Shown here piece after piece: positions 38,184-51,475 of a stretch of 64,000 nt of DNA. The notes below the pieces were generated by a model. It was not told the DNA's origin. It did not search any database and saw only the letters and a program-made list of their open reading frames with translations. Positions within the stretch are counted from its first letter, which is position 1. Every line of letters begins with the position of its first letter. The position numbers were made by a program, and so were the translations under genes. Source of the stretch: Prorocentrum cordatum (lineage: Eukaryota); NCBI GenBank assembly GCA_963575745.1, contig CAUYUJ010000292.1, positions 124,001-188,000 on the forward strand. Reading direction: 5' to 3'.

Positions 38184-38584
38184 AAGTACCAATACTAGCA
38201 GTAGTAGTAGTAGTAGTAGTAGTCGTAGTAGTTGTAGTAATAATAATAGCCGATGTAATACTAGTAGTAATCGTCGTCGTCGTCGTAGTCGTAGTCGTAC
38301 TTGTAGTAGTAGTGGTGGTAGTAGAAAGGGTAGTAGTAATAATACAAGCAGTAGGTAGTGTAGCAGCAGTAGTAGCAGTACTAGTACTAGTACTAGCAGT
38401 AGTAGTAGTAGTAGTTGTAGTAGTAGTAGTAGTTGTAGTAGTAGCCATATTGATAGAAGTAGTAGTAGTAGTAGTAGTAATAATAGTAGTAGTAGTAGTA
38501 GTGGTAGTAGTAAAAGTAGCAGTAGTAGTAGTCGTAGTAGTAATAATCGTGGTGGTAGTGGTAGTGGTAGTGGTAGTGCTAGTG

Positions 38585-38641
<57 letters not shown>

Positions 38642-38725
38642 ATAGTACTGGTACTAGTACTAGTGGCAATCGTAGTGGTAGTCGAAGTAGTGGTAGTAGT
38701 AATGATATTAATAATTGTAGTAGCA
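37418..38725. repeat. (TAG)n microsatellite with TAGTAGTAC sub-blocks
   Basis: Direct inspection. Confidence 0.96.
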
Positions 38726-40039
38726 GTCGCCGTCGTACGATGTAACACGATGTAACACGATGTAACAATACAACGTTGATGACGATACGGTTCATAATGA
38801 TACCCCCCTGATACCAAGATACCAGCTACAATTGGTACTTGGCCCGGCGATAATCCAGTTCGGCCTCGCCGCCCCCGCCCGAACACTAAGAAAGAGTTGC
38901 CCAGGGATCATCATGATACAAGGGAAGGTATCCTGTATAATCAGGGGGATGCGGTTAACGCCACCTCCGAGACGACACCAGCAGGAAAACAGCGAGACAC
39001 AAAGCGCGTGACTAGACAATTGGCATGTCAGGCCGCTCTGACCACCCACTTTCTCATCGTTGGCGATGACGAGGACGATGACGATGATGACGACGATGAC
39101 GATGGGCTGGAGGGGCCTCACCCTAATTACGCACAGCGTCGAGGCTTCCAGTCCACGACCCCTGCCGCTCGGAGGGGCCTCCTCCGCCGCCCACCGCGCG
39201 GCCCTCCTTGCACGAAGGCACCGAAGACGCCGCGAGGCCCCCCGGGCAGGGCCAGGCTGGGCCTGCAGGGCGGGCGGCGGCCGCGGGGGAGGCCTCGCAC
39301 CCTGCGCCTGCGGCAGGGCGGGCTCCTCCCGAGCCCCCGCGGGCGCCCGCCGCCCGGCGGCGCCGATGCCCCCCCGACGCGACCGGGCCCGCGCGCCGAG
39401 ACGCGGGCAGGTCACGGGACACGGCTCACCCAGCGGCGGCGTGAGAGGCACTACCGTCGGCTCGTATCATAAGGGCGATAAGGATGCAAGGGCCTCGGAC
39501 GCCCATTTGGGAAGCTTTTCGAGCGGGGCGCGGCCAGCGAGAGAGGCCAAGGATGGACCGAGGAGGCAAGGATGCAAGGGTACTCTGGGTTTCTGAATAA
39601 GCGTGGGGGGTACCCCCGACGGGGGCCAAGCTTGCCTCGTCGTCGCGCCGCGATGGGGGTCGGAGAGCCCTCGGCGCGCGGTGGCTGCCCCGCGACGGGG
39701 GTCGATGTGGGGCTGTCGGCGGGGGTGGCGCCCCCCCGACGCTTAGTAAGAACGCAGAACGCAGAACGCAGCTGTCAACGCCCCCGAGGGTGGCCCGACA
39801 ATAGGCGACAGGCATGACTAGCACGCTGGCCCTTTGCGAAGGACTGGTGAAACTGCTGTGAAGAATTACATGCAAGAAGCAGAGAAGCAGCCAAACGCTG
39901 CAGCGAGATGCAGCCAAACGCTGCTGCGAAGAAGCAAAACGCCTCACCGTCAGAGACGGTTACTAAGAAACTCGGAGTACCATGGGGAAGGTTGGACGGT
40001 TTCCCTTGGGGCCGTAGGCGACCCGAGGAGGGAAGGGCG

Positions 40040-40052
40040 AGGAGGGGGAGGA

Positions 40053-40083
<31 letters not shown>

Positions 40084-40585
40084 GAGGAGGAGGAGGCGGA
40101 GAGGAGGAGGAGGAGGAGGAGGAGGAGGAGGAGGAGGAGGAGGAGGAGGAGGAGGAGGAGGAGGGAGGAGGAGGGAGGAGGAGGAGGAGGAGGAGGAGGA
40201 GGAGGAGGAGGAGGAGGAGGAGGAGGAGGAGGAGGAGGAGGAGGAGGAGGAGGAGGGGAAGGAGGAGGAGGAGGGAGGAGGAGGAGGAGGAGGAGGAGAG
40301 GAAGAGGAGATGGAGATGGAGGAGGAGGGGGAGGAGGAGGAGGAGGAGAAGGAGGGGGAGGAGGGAGGAGGAGGAGGAGGAGGAGGAGGAGGAGGAGGAG
40401 GAGTGAGGAGGAGGAGGAGGAGGAGGAGGAGGAGGAGGAGGAGGAGGAGGAGGAGGAGGAGGAGGAGGAGGAGGAGGAGGAGGAGGAGGAGGAGGAGGAG
40501 GAGGAGGAGGAGGAGGAGGAGGAGGAGGAGGAGGAGGAGGAGGAGGAGGAGGAGGAGGAGGAGGAGGAGGAGGAGGAGGAGGAGA
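40040..40585. repeat. (GGA)n microsatellite
   Basis: Direct inspection. Confidence 0.97.
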
Positions 40586-42104
40586 GAGGACGGGTCGCCT
40601 AAGCCCTTGGGAGACACCCTCCAGGGAAGGTCGCCTCTCCTTGCTGCGCGGGTGGACCGCAGCCCCTACCACTCTCGCCGCCCGCTGGGCGGGTGGCGCC
40701 TGGAGTCACCAGTGGCGGCCGAACTCCGCGCGGCGGGGGGCCGGGAGCGCGAGGGCGAGCGGGGGCGGCGGTGTGCAGACGAGCGCGCTCCGCTGCTCGC
40801 CAAGCACGGCAGGCTGGCGTCGTGTCGACCCCGGCGTTGGATCCTGACACCGCGGGGGTCGTTCGAGCTCGAACGATCGGCCGTTCCGTGAACGCCGGCT
40901 CGTTCCACGACGGGCCGATTCTGGGCCACGGGCGGCGTTCAAGCTTACACGCCCCCGGCGGGGTCGCCGCCGGTCGACACCACGCGAGCCTACCGTAACC
41001 ACTCGCAGATGGCCTGGAGCCGCCGCGGGGGATCTGCGATCCATGACATCGGGGCAGACACGTTTTTGTTTCGGACGCTTGCGAGTATCGACTACACGCA
41101 ACAGTGACCCTGGGCAAGAGTGACCTTTGGTGCGCGGCTTTCTGGAGGCAGCGGGGGGGCCAAGCACAAGCGCGCTGGACGATGCTGCTGCATGGCGCTC
41201 GGCGATCGGGGGACCCCAGCGGGCCCGCACCGAAGACCACTCCTGCGAAGGGTCACTCTTACGTGCAGTCGAGAGTAGGCACTTTTTACGAGCAGCGGAA
41301 CGCGCTCGGTGACAGTGTGCGCCGGCGTGGGGCGCGGAGCGGCTGCCAGGCGCTCTACGCGCGGCTGGCGGCTAAACGGCGCGCGAGCAAGCGGTCCCCT
41401 GGGGCCGCCGCGGCAGCCTGCAGCGGGGCACGGCTTCTCTTCGGTCGGGCATGTCCCCCCACAGGCGGATTTTTGGCCGCAGCACAAAAAATAGGCAAAA
41501 ACAGAGTCAAAGTATATCCAAAAACAGTCGCGAGATCGTCCATGGACTACTTTTGGACTATGTTTGAAGATTCCTCCTGCAGAGGGACGTGCCCGACCTC
41601 AGGCTTCTCCTCCTCGAGGCACGCGACCCCTCTCGCCGAGGGTGCCGCTATCGCAGGCAGGAGGCCCCCGGCGCCGGGGCCGCCCTCCGCCCGCTCCGCG
41701 GCCGTCGAGGGGCGAGCTGCGGGGCGAGCTGCGGCGCCTCGGGCGCACCCGGGGCAGAGCGGGCCGTTGAAGTCGATGGCGCCGGACGTCTGGGCACGTG
41801 GCGCGCAGGCCGGGGGCAGGATGCACGGGCTGCAGCGATGCGAGGGTCGCCCGCGCCCCAGCGGTGCGAGGGGATCGCCCGCGCCCCATCCCCGGGTGGG
41901 CGGCGATGAGCCGCCGGGAGGAGGGCAAGAGGTCGATGGCAACTCGGGGCAGCCTCCCATGTCATCTTGCTGCCTCTTGCGAATCGACGCTGACAGGCGC
42001 TGATCGACGCTGATAGACGCTCAATCGCCGCTCTGTGGAGGAGTTTCGAGGACACGCGAGGCTCCCACGAGTTGCTATCGAACACAAGGTGCCCGAGAGG
42101 CCGG

Positions 42105-42503
42105 TCAGCCAGCCCAGTCCTCCTCCTCCAGGTCCGCGTCGGAGTCCGAGTACAGGGTCGAGTGCGAGGCCGACCGGGTGAGGGTGAGGGTCTTGGCCTC
42201 GTCCGACTGCAGCCAGAGCCACCTGCCGAACGAGCCGAGGGCCACCACGCCGGCGGCCTTGGCGAGGAAAATCAGCGCGAGAGTGCACGCGGCCCACCTC
42301 GTGGCAAAGCCAATCTGCGACATCTCCAGCAGATAGCGGGCGCCGAAGAGCGCGAGCCCCGCACAGGAGTGGCCCACGCACGCCAACTGCCAGGTGGCAA
42401 CGCTGTCCAGCTCCTCCGAGCGCACGGACGGGCCGTCGGCCGCGCCCCTGACGCAGCGCGCGAGGAGCCACACCAGGACGGCGTCGAAGCAGAAGCAGCC
42501 CAC
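42105..42503 (-). CDS. Probable terminal exon of an unknown membrane protein
   Basis: Non-repetitive, GC3-rich frame VGCFCFDAVLVWLLARC...DSDADLEEEDWAG* with hydrophobic segments; acceptor gag|G at 42504/42503. Confidence 0.6.
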   Translation of the reverse strand: MGCFCFDAVLVWLLARCVRGAADGPSVRSEELDSVATWQLACVGHSCAGLALFGARYLLEMSQIGFATRWAACTLALIFLAKAAGVVALGSFGRWLWLQSDEAKTLTLTRSASHSTLYSDSDADLEEEDWAG

Positions 42504-43860
42504 CTCGGCGGCTTAAAGGTGGGGCCGCGAGAGACGGTGCTCCGAGGACGAGGGTCGGCGACTCCGAAGGGTGTGGTTTGCACAAGGTGTGGTTTGCAAC
42601 TGGCGCCCTGGGGGCACCCTGGGGTGCGGGCGAGAACCTCGGCAGAGCTTTCTGCTGCCCCGAGGAGGCCCGACGAGGACAGCACCATGCTCCCCAGGCC
42701 CCGACGCTGCCGATCGCAAACCACACCCCGGCGTAACCATACCGTTTGTAGTCGCCGAGAGGGGCCCCAGCCAGGACAAGCTCAACCCAGGAACCCTGCC
42801 TGTCCGTGAGGGCCCCCTTCCCTGGAAGAGCAGGGAAGCGGCACGAGCACACACAAGTTTTCGGAGGCCCGCGCGGGCTTCCGAGAGGTTCTGAGCTTGC
42901 GCTGTTGAATTCGCATGACTAGAGCACTGTCCAGAAACAAATAAGTTGAATCCCCCCCTCCGGAAGCCACTTATTTGCATTTGCCCATCGAGAACCTTGT
43001 CCGGGGGCTCGCGCCCTGTGTTTGTTTTCCAGGGGACATGAAGGGTCACCAAACTGCGCCCCAGGCCCCCGAGTTACAGCAACAACGGCTCATGTTTCAT
43101 ATTTCATCACACTATATTGGCCAAATCGCGTTCTTGCGCGGGACATCCTCGCAAGGTATACAAGAGTTGCGCTCTCGCGTGGGACCGCATCGCAATTGAT
43201 TCAGACGCCGCGCCCTCGACACTCAGGAATCACGTTCACGCTGTGGATTTCCTCACGATGTACTTGGGAATCGCGCTATCGCTCGAGACGTCCTCGCGAT
43301 TCATGCAGGGCGCACGCTTCAGCAACCCGCCTGCTCGACCTGGCCGCCTGGGCCTGCCTTCACGAACCGCCCGATCTGTCCGCATGGTTCTGCTATATGT
43401 TTTCTGCTCACAGCCCCCCTCCTGAAACTCACTTTCGTGTTCCATCCTCTCACCTCCCCATTGCCCCTTCCTTCCATGCATCCTCTCTTCCCCTGCCCAA
43501 GGGCTGCACGAAATAACCGCTGCAGGTAAGAAAGACACATGTACCTTAAAGTGGGCACGATCGAAACGATGAGAATGGGCACCGAAGATTCGGGATATAC
43601 GTGTTGAGTGGCGGGCGAGCAGATGAGAGCGATCAGTGTTAAAATGAGCGTTGTGTATATTATTCTTCTTCCTCTTCGAATCCCTTAGGGCCCCACCTTT
43701 GAATCACCGACCACCGCCTCAAACCTTTCCCCAGGGCTGTCGCTTCAATCCCGGCCTGCTCTCGACGGCCCCGCGGCCCGGCGAGGGCCCCGGGACGAAA
43801 ACGGTTACAAAGCCTCCCGCCAGGACTTGCTGTTCGACGCGAGCATGTTCTCGAGCGCGA

Positions 43861-43877
43861 AAAAAATACGAAGGATT

Positions 43878-43923
<46 letters not shown>

Positions 43924-44075
43924 GGCTGCAAAAAAACCCAAGGTTTTTTTGCAATCCCAGGGTTTTTTTGCAATCCAAGGTTTTTTGCAATCCTTGGGTT
44001 TTTGTTGCAATCCTTGGGTTTTTTTTGCAATCCTTCGGTTGTTTTGCAATCCTTCGTTTTTTGCAATCCTTCGTA
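43861..44075. repeat. Foldback with TTTTGCAATCC subrepeats and a ~40-nt poly(A)
   Basis: tacgaaggattgcaaaaaa (43867) / ttttttgcaatccttcgta (to 44075). Confidence 0.8.
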
Positions 44076-44977
44076 CCCTTTTATCCAGGCGGGGTGGCAA
44101 GGGGCGGGGGGAGCGATGCGCCACAGCCGACGGCGGCTGCACAAGTGCAGCTGCGACGGCCCATGGGACACTACAGGACACTGGCTTCTCCGGGCATCCG
44201 CTGGCACCGAAGGCGCGCGCGCTCCAATCGGCAGAGTGGCCGACAACGCAGTGGTCGCTCTCGGGCTAGAGTAGCTCGTTCGGAGGTGGGCCCACGAACG
44301 CACAATCGAGCGTTTGGGGCTCAACGCGCAAAATGCGTCCTGGGCGGACGCCGCTGCAATCCCGCGCTCGCCCCAAACGCCTGGGGTTCCGAACGCCAGG
44401 CGCGGTCGCCAGGGGATGCTCCCCGGAAAACCCGCCTGGCGTCACCCCAGCTAGGTCCGGGCACGTGTCGGGGGGCACAGAAGCCGACGCGCGTTGATGG
44501 TGCCCCCGGACACGTACCCGTACCTAGTCGAAGTGGCGTTTGGTCGAAATCGCTCTCGGGCGCACGCGCGGCCCCCGAGAGCGCTCTCGAATGCGGCCGC
44601 AGCGGCCCCCGGGGGAGCGCGAGATTGCAACGATGCTCCTGCGGGCAGGCCCAAACGCAACGGAGTTGCGGCTCCTGTCCCCACATGGGACAAGCACCAC
44701 CACCCCAATGTTGTTCTCAACCCCGCGGACACCCCCGATGCCCACAGACGTCCCTGACGCGAACCAGGGCATGTCGCTGCAATCCAACAACCAGCCGTTC
44801 AGCGCGTCGTTGCGTCCTGACGCGCGGATGCTGAACCAGCGCGCACGCGGTAGGCCGATCGGGCGCAGTGGCGAGCGCCCAATCCAGCGGAAGGCCCTTT
44901 TCACCCAGGCCGACCCCAGGCAAGGGTATGTTTAAGACATGTCTGGGCCGGGGCCTCATCTTTGAGCTGCCGCCCAC

Positions 44978-45137
44978 CGTCCAGACCCCCAGCACCGTCA
45001 TGGCCGTGCCCGCCGCACCCTCGGCCGCCCCTCTGCGCCTCGTCACCCAGTCCGACACGTGCACCGCGTAGAGCAGCGCGAGGACGAGGTCGGCGGCCAT
45101 GGTCCTGCGGAAGAGCTTGAGGTAGTCGTCCAGGGTC
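44978..45137 (-). CDS. Probable internal exon of the same membrane-protein gene
   Basis: ag|G ACC CTG... gives TLDDYLKLFRRTMAADLVLALLYAVHVSDW...TVLGVWT|gtgggc; joins in frame to the 42503 exon. Confidence 0.55.
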
Positions 45138-46432
45138 CTCTGAGCTGGGGCGCAAAAGGACGTACAGCAGGGGCTCGACCACAAGAGTCCTCCCACAGGA
45201 AACCCAACCCTGAGACCCCCAGACGACCCTTGCTTTTTGGTGTGGGAACGTCACGCTCTGCACCGCAGAACCATCGAAACCAAAGAAACCCGGGGCACCC
45301 TGGAGGCAAGCAGGGCGTCTCAGGGCATGGGACTCCACCGTACACAGCGCCTTCGGAGCGTCCTTCGGGAAAACCGAATCGACCTGGCGGCATTCCAGTG
45401 GCCCGCCGGCGCAGAGGAACTTTAGAGGCGCGTCCCGCCGATCGCTCATGCGGTGCGACAGCAGCGGTTTGCGCGGCTGAGTTGGGCTGGGCTGGGTTCG
45501 GGCATGTCCTCCTACAGGGAAAGATGGTCGAAAAATCGTCCCCATACTATTTTTTGAAATTTTTTAAACATTCACCCTGTGGAGGGACAGGCCCGACTTA
45601 AGGCTAGGCGGGCGAGAAGCAGGAACAAGAAAGACAGAACCACAGCCGCTGGGCTGAGGAAACCGCACATGCCGCCCTCCCTGGGACGACCCCGACAAAC
45701 GGTGATGCCCTGCGCGCGGTGCCCGTTTTCGAATGCCCCGCGAAGGTGATCACTGCCAGCGGGCCGGGAACGGCCTTGGGAAGTCATTAGGGTAGTCGTC
45801 CAGGGTTCGGCCCCTCCGTGCCAAGATGCACGACAGCGCCGTGGAAGCATAGGGCCGCATCGAATCGCCATAATATCGGAATCGAATCGGATCGAGCCAG
45901 CCAAAACCGATATAGAATCGGATCGATCGGATCGATCGGAACGAAGCGGATCCAGAAGGGGGAGGGGAGCGTGTAGCGAATCAGCTGCACGCAGCTCGCT
46001 TTGCAGCGCCTCCTGGCGACAAAGGCAGCAACTAGTCGAGGAAAATGCATGGCGTCGGGGCCGAAACCAGCTGCACGCAGCAGTTTCCGTACCCCCACCC
46101 CACAACTTCCCACCCACTTACCCACCCACCCACCCACCCACCCTCTTCGACCAAAACCATCAACCCTCTGACCACTCCCAGGGGTCCACCCTGGCCAGTT
46201 TTCCGAGCTGCGCCGAGCCGTGGCGACGAAAACCTCCAGAAACTCCCCCCTAGACAGGCGAAACGACAACGCCCGACCCGACCCGACGTTCATCCCGCCC
46301 CCGAGTCCTCTCGCTGGTCCTCACGACGAAACCCCAGTGACACCTTGGAGGCCGCCGAAATGGGACCAGAGCAAATGGGTAGGCAGCATCGCCGATGCAT
46401 CGGCGATGCATCGGCCCGCGATGCCTGGGATG

Positions 46433-46475
<43 letters not shown>

Positions 46476-46699
46476 TGCCCACAATGGACACCAGATAAGC
46501 AATGAACGTACGCCTGATCCTTTGGGAGAGGACCTAAAGTAGGAGGATCGAAAGCATCAGCGATAAGGGGGCCTGTTTTGCAGATGTGTCACACGACACC
46601 ACCCCTGAGCTTAGGGATACCCCTAAAAACCGTGGACCTAAGAGAGGCCCTAAACCCATTGTGCCACTGGGCTTCGGGATTGTACTACGCTTATAAATA

Positions 46700-46897
46700 G
46701 AAGGAGGAAAACGCCATAAACATAATTGTTTGGCGCTCCGCGCGGATTTCTTGGATCAGCGCTGGACCCCCCCTCCCTGGCGCGCGGAGCGCGCCAGGGG
46801 CGTCGCCGGAGGCGCCGCCGGGGGAGGGGCCCAGCGCAGTTCCAAGAAATCCGCGCGGAGCGCAAAAAGTTTATGTTTATAGCGTTTTTTCTTCTTC
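46700..46897. mobile_element. Foldback/MITE with ~55-bp imperfect TIR and GC-rich internal hairpin
   Basis: aaacgccataaacataattgtttggcgctccgcgcggatttcttgga / tccaagaaatccgcgcggagcgcaaaaagtttatgtttatagcgttt. Core ccctggcgcgcggagcgcgccaggg also occurs at ~9390-9480. Confidence 0.75.
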
Positions 46898-47556
46898 GAG
46901 CTTAGTGAACGGCGACGTCGGCGGTGCATCGGCGACGCCAGCGTGAAGCACATCGGGCTCCGCAGCGAGCCGCATTGGCGATGCATCGGCGCTGCGGTGC
47001 GATCTTCCGACCCCATCTACTCGGACCCCATCGCGGGTGTTGCTGGAAGTGCCCCTGGCCCGAGGTGCCCCCAGCTTGTCGTTCCATTTTCGAGCCCCGG
47101 AAGCCCTCTGGGCCTCGCGAGGGGTGCCCCAGAGGCCGTTTGGGCCACCCCGAGAATCCCGGGGCACCTTGGGCCAGGGGCACTTCTAGAAACACCCGAC
47201 CATCTGGGAGGCTTGGAACCATGTTTAGCGAACACCTGCAGCAGTAGCACCAGCTCTCAAGCAGCCGCCACATCGGCGCCGCAGGGGGGCCCCCGCCCAG
47301 GCGGGGCCCGGCCTGGGCCGCAAGCCTCTCACTGCTCCGCCGGCCCGGGCCGCCCTCCTGGCGGCACGGCGCGCCGGCCGCGCACGCCCGCGCGGGCCCG
47401 GGGCCGGCCCCCATGCCGGGCCCAGGATCGGCGCAGACGCCCTCCCAGCGGAGGGGGGAAAAGGAGGACGGAAAAGGAGGTAGCGGAAGGAGGAGGAAGG
47501 AAGGGAGGAGGCAGGAGCGGAGGCAGGGAGGAGTGGGGACGGAGGAGCGGGGCGGG

Positions 47557-49000
47557 AGGAGGAGGAGGAGGAGGAGGAGGAGGAGGAGGAGAAGAAGAAG
47601 AAGAAGAAGAAGAAGAAGAAGAAGAAGAAGAAGAAGAAGAAGAAGAAGAAGAAGAAGAAGAAGAAGAAGAAGAAGAAGAAGAAGAAGAAGAAGAAGAAGA
47701 AGAACAAGAAGAAGAAGAAGAAGAAGAAGAAGAAGAAGAAGAAGAAGAAGAAGAAGAAGAAGAAGAAGAAGAAGAAAGAAGAAGAAGAAGAAGAAGAAGA
47801 AGAAGAAGAAGAAGAAGAAGAGAAGAAGAAGAAGAAGAAGAAGAAAAAGAAGAAGCAGAAGCAGAAGCAAGAAGAAGAAGAAGAAGAAGCAGAGAAGAAG
47901 AAGAAGAAGAAGAAGAAGAAGAAGAAGAAGAAGAAGAAGCAGAAGAAGAAGAAGAAGAAGAAGCAGAAGCAGAAGCAGAAGCAGAAGAAGAAGAAGAGAA
48001 GCAGAAGCAGAAGCAGAAGCAGAAGCAGAAGAAGAAGCAGAAGCAGAAGCAGAAGAAGAAGCAGAAGAAGAAGAAGAAGAAGAAGAAGAAGAAGAAGAAG
48101 AAGAAGAAGAAGAAGAAGAAGAAGAAGAAGAAGAAGAAGAAGAAGAAGAAGAAGAAGAAGAATGAAGAAGAAGAAGAAGAAGAAGAAGAAGAAGAAGAAG
48201 AAGAAGAAGAAGAAGAAGAAGAAGAAGAAGAAGAAGAAGAAGAAGAAGAAGAAGAAGAAGAAGAAGAAGAAGAAGAAGAAGAAGAAGAAGCAGAAGAAGA
48301 AGAAGAAGAAGAAGAAGAAGAAGAAGAAGAAGCAGAAGAAGAAGAAGAAGAAGAAGAAAAAGCAGAAGAAGCAGAAGAAGAAGAAGAAGCAGAAGAAGCA
48401 GAAGAAGAAGAAGAAGAAGCAGAAGCAGAAGAAGAAGAAGCAGAAGAAGAAGAAGAAGAAGAAGCAGAAGAAGAGAGAAGAAGAAGAAGAAGCACAGAAG
48501 AAGAAGAAGAAGAAGAAGAAGAAGAAGAAGAAGAAGAAGAAGAAGAAGAAGAAGAAGAAGAAGAAGAAGAAGAAGAATAAGAAGAAGAAGAATAAGAGAA
48601 GAAGGAAGAAGCAGAAGAAGCTGAAGAAGAAGAAGAAGAAGAGAAGAAGAAGACGAAGACGAAGAAGAAGAAGAATAGCAGAAGGAAGAAGAGAAGAAGG
48701 AAGGAGAAGAGGAGAAGGAGGAGGAGGAGGAGAAGAAGAAGAAGAAGAAGAAGAAGAAGAAGAAGAAGAAGGAGGAGGAGGAGGAGGAGGGAGGAGGAGG
48801 CAGGAGGAGGAGGAGGAGGAGGAGGAGGAGGAGGAGGAGGAGGAGGAGGAGGAGGAGGAGGAGGAGGAGGAGGAGGAGGAGGAGGAGGAGAGGAGGAGGA
48901 GGAGGAGGAGGAGGAGGAGGAGGAGGAGGAGGAGGAGGAGGAGGAGGAGGAGAAGAAGAAGAAGAAGAAGAAGAAGAAGAAGAAGAAGAAGAAGAAGAAG
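47557..49000. repeat. ~1.4-kb (GAA)n/(GGA)n polypurine microsatellite
   Basis: Direct inspection. Confidence 0.97.
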
Positions 49001-50028
49001 AATTCGCGGGCCCAACGGGCCAGAGGCGTGCTAAGATCTCCAGTAACTGGTAAATAGTATTTCTAGTTCGCGCGCGCGGGGCGGCCCCTGGGGGTCCCTG
49101 GATCAAAAGTACCCCGGGCGGAGCCCGGGCGGAGCCCGGGACACTCCCCCAGATCCTCCAGGATCGCCCCAAGAGGGCCCCAAGAGGCCCCCAACACAAT
49201 CCAAGAGAGGTCTGAGACGCCCGAAGGTCGCTCCACGGCGCCCAAGATGGCCTCCAGACGGCCCAAGACGTCTCCAAAATGACCCAACAAACCTCCAAGA
49301 TGCCCCAAGAGACCTCCAGGAGCACTCCCAAGAGGGCCCCAAAAGGCAAAAAAACATGTTTTTTCTTAGGTTTTGGACAGATTTGGGCGTTTCAACCTTT
49401 TCGGTTCCCCGACGCCCCTAAACGGCTCAAGAGGCCTCCAAGATCGCCCCAAGAGGGCCCAAGAGGCCCTCAAAAGGGCCCCAAGACGGCCCAAGACGGC
49501 TCCAAGACGGCCCCAGAGGCCTCCAAGACGGCCCAAGAGGGCCCCAAGAACGCCCCCAACACGGTCCAAGAGAGGTCTGAGACGCCCGAAGATCGCTCCA
49601 CGACGCCCAAAATGGCCTCCGGACGGCCCAAGACGTCTCCAAGATGGCCCAAGAAGCCTCCAAGATGCCCCAAGAGGCCTCCAAGAGAACTCCCAGAAGG
49701 GCCCCAGGAGGCAAAAACCTATGCTTTTCCTCTGGTGTTGGACAGATTTGGGCGTGTTAACCTTTTCGGTTCCCCGACGCCCCTAAACGGCTCAAAAGGC
49801 CTCCAAGATCGCCCCAAGAGGGCCCAAGAGGCCCCCAAGAGGGCCCCAAGACGGCCCAAGACGGCTCCAAGACGGCCCCAGAGGCCTCCAGGACGGCCCA
49901 AGAGGGCCCCAAGAACGCCCCCAACACTACACAGCTCCCGACGCCGCAGCTCCACACTGCAAACGACCACTCGGACAGGCGACCACGGTGCGACATTATG
50001 GGCCGGCGGAATGAGCGAAGCGATTAAA
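49001..50028 (+). mobile_element. HINE-like family 4 element with CCAAGA satellite cargo
   Basis: 5' aattcgcgggcccaacgggccagaggcgtgctaagatctcc; 3' tgggccggcggaatgagcgaagcgattaaa; flanked by (GAA)n on both sides. Confidence 0.75.
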
Positions 50029-50059
<31 letters not shown>

Positions 50060-50067
50060 AAGAAGAA

Positions 50068-51433
50068 AATTAGCCTGGCGAAGGACCCAACCATACGCAG
50101 TTGTGAATACAGCAATTGTGAATATATTATTCGGTGGCGCTCCCTATGGGGTCACGAACCGTATGAGGGGTGTGCCGAATTGTGCGACGGGGTACACAAC
50201 ACGAACGAAAACGATTGGTCTGAGTATGAAAGCTTGAGCGCGGGCGAATCTAAGCGCGAGTGGGTCTGATTTTGAGTGAATATGCGTACGATTGATTCTA
50301 TGCGCATGACTGCGAGCATGGAGTCGCCGAGTGTAAATGCATACGACTGTGAATGGTTTGGGTCCGCCTGACTCTGAGAACTCGTGACACTGAGCGTAGC
50401 CTCCGCAAGGAGTTTTCCTGAGAACCCCGACGGCAGCGCCCGCGCGCCGCGACGCCCATGTCGGCACGCCCCACACGAGGATCGCGACCGTTTCCTCCCC
50501 TTCTTTTCCTTCCTCTTTGCCCGCGCACTCCAAAAATCAAGGCTGCGGGCGCCGCGCTACGTGGAGCCCCCGCGACGCGCGCAGTTCGCCACGAAAGGGT
50601 CGCAATGACGCGCGCAGCTCGTCCGCTGTCGATGACGACGACGACGACGTCGACGACGACGAAGGCGACGGCGACGACGGCGACGACGGACGACGACGGA
50701 CGACGACGACGGACGACAACGACGAAGAAATCGGCCCTACGGAAGCTGTCGGGACCACCAGCTCCCTATGGGGCCACGAAACGTGTGAGGGGTGTGCCGA
50801 ATTGGGTGTGCGGGACGCATGCGGCCAGCGGCACTGGGGCCTTCGGTGCAGCTCCGTATGGGGCCACGAAACGTGTGAGGGATGTGCCGAATTGGGCGTG
50901 CGGGACGCATGCGGGCGGCGGCACTGGGGCCTTCGGTGGCCGAATTGGGCGTGCGGGGCGCATGCGGGCGGCGGCACTGGGGCCTTCGGTGGAGATCCCT
51001 GTGGGGCCGCGAAACGTGTGAGAGGTGTGCCGAATTGGGTGTGCGGGACGCATGCGGGCGGCGGCACTGGGGCCTACGGTGGAACTCCCTACGGGGCCAT
51101 GAAACGTGTGAGGGGTGTGCCGAGGTGGGTGTGCGGGACGCATGCGGCCGGCGGCGCTGGGGCCTTCGGTGGAGTTCCCTATGGGGCCGCGAATCGTGTG
51201 AGGGGTGTGCCGAATTGAGTGTGCGGGACGCATGCGGCCGGGGGCACTGGGGCCTTCGGTAGAGCTCCCTGTGGGGCCACGAAACGTGTGAGGGGTGTGC
51301 CGAAGCTGATGACGATGTTGGTTTCGATGATGGCGATGATGATGGTGATGAGGATGATAGTGCCGATGATGATGGTGATGAAGATGATGAGGACGATGAC
51401 GATCACGATGATGATGATGATGATGATGATGAC

Positions 51434-51475
<42 letters not shown>

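Noticed and set aside
43880..43919. Poly(A) as a retroposon tail
   Set aside because: It is embedded in a foldback subrepeat, with no upstream element or TSD.
46902..49349. Very long ORFs (815, 596, 545 aa) and similar ORFs at 1.8-3.9, 30.6-31.8, 34.3-35.5 and 37.3-38.9 kb
   Set aside because: Homopolymeric translations of tri- and hexanucleotide microsatellites.
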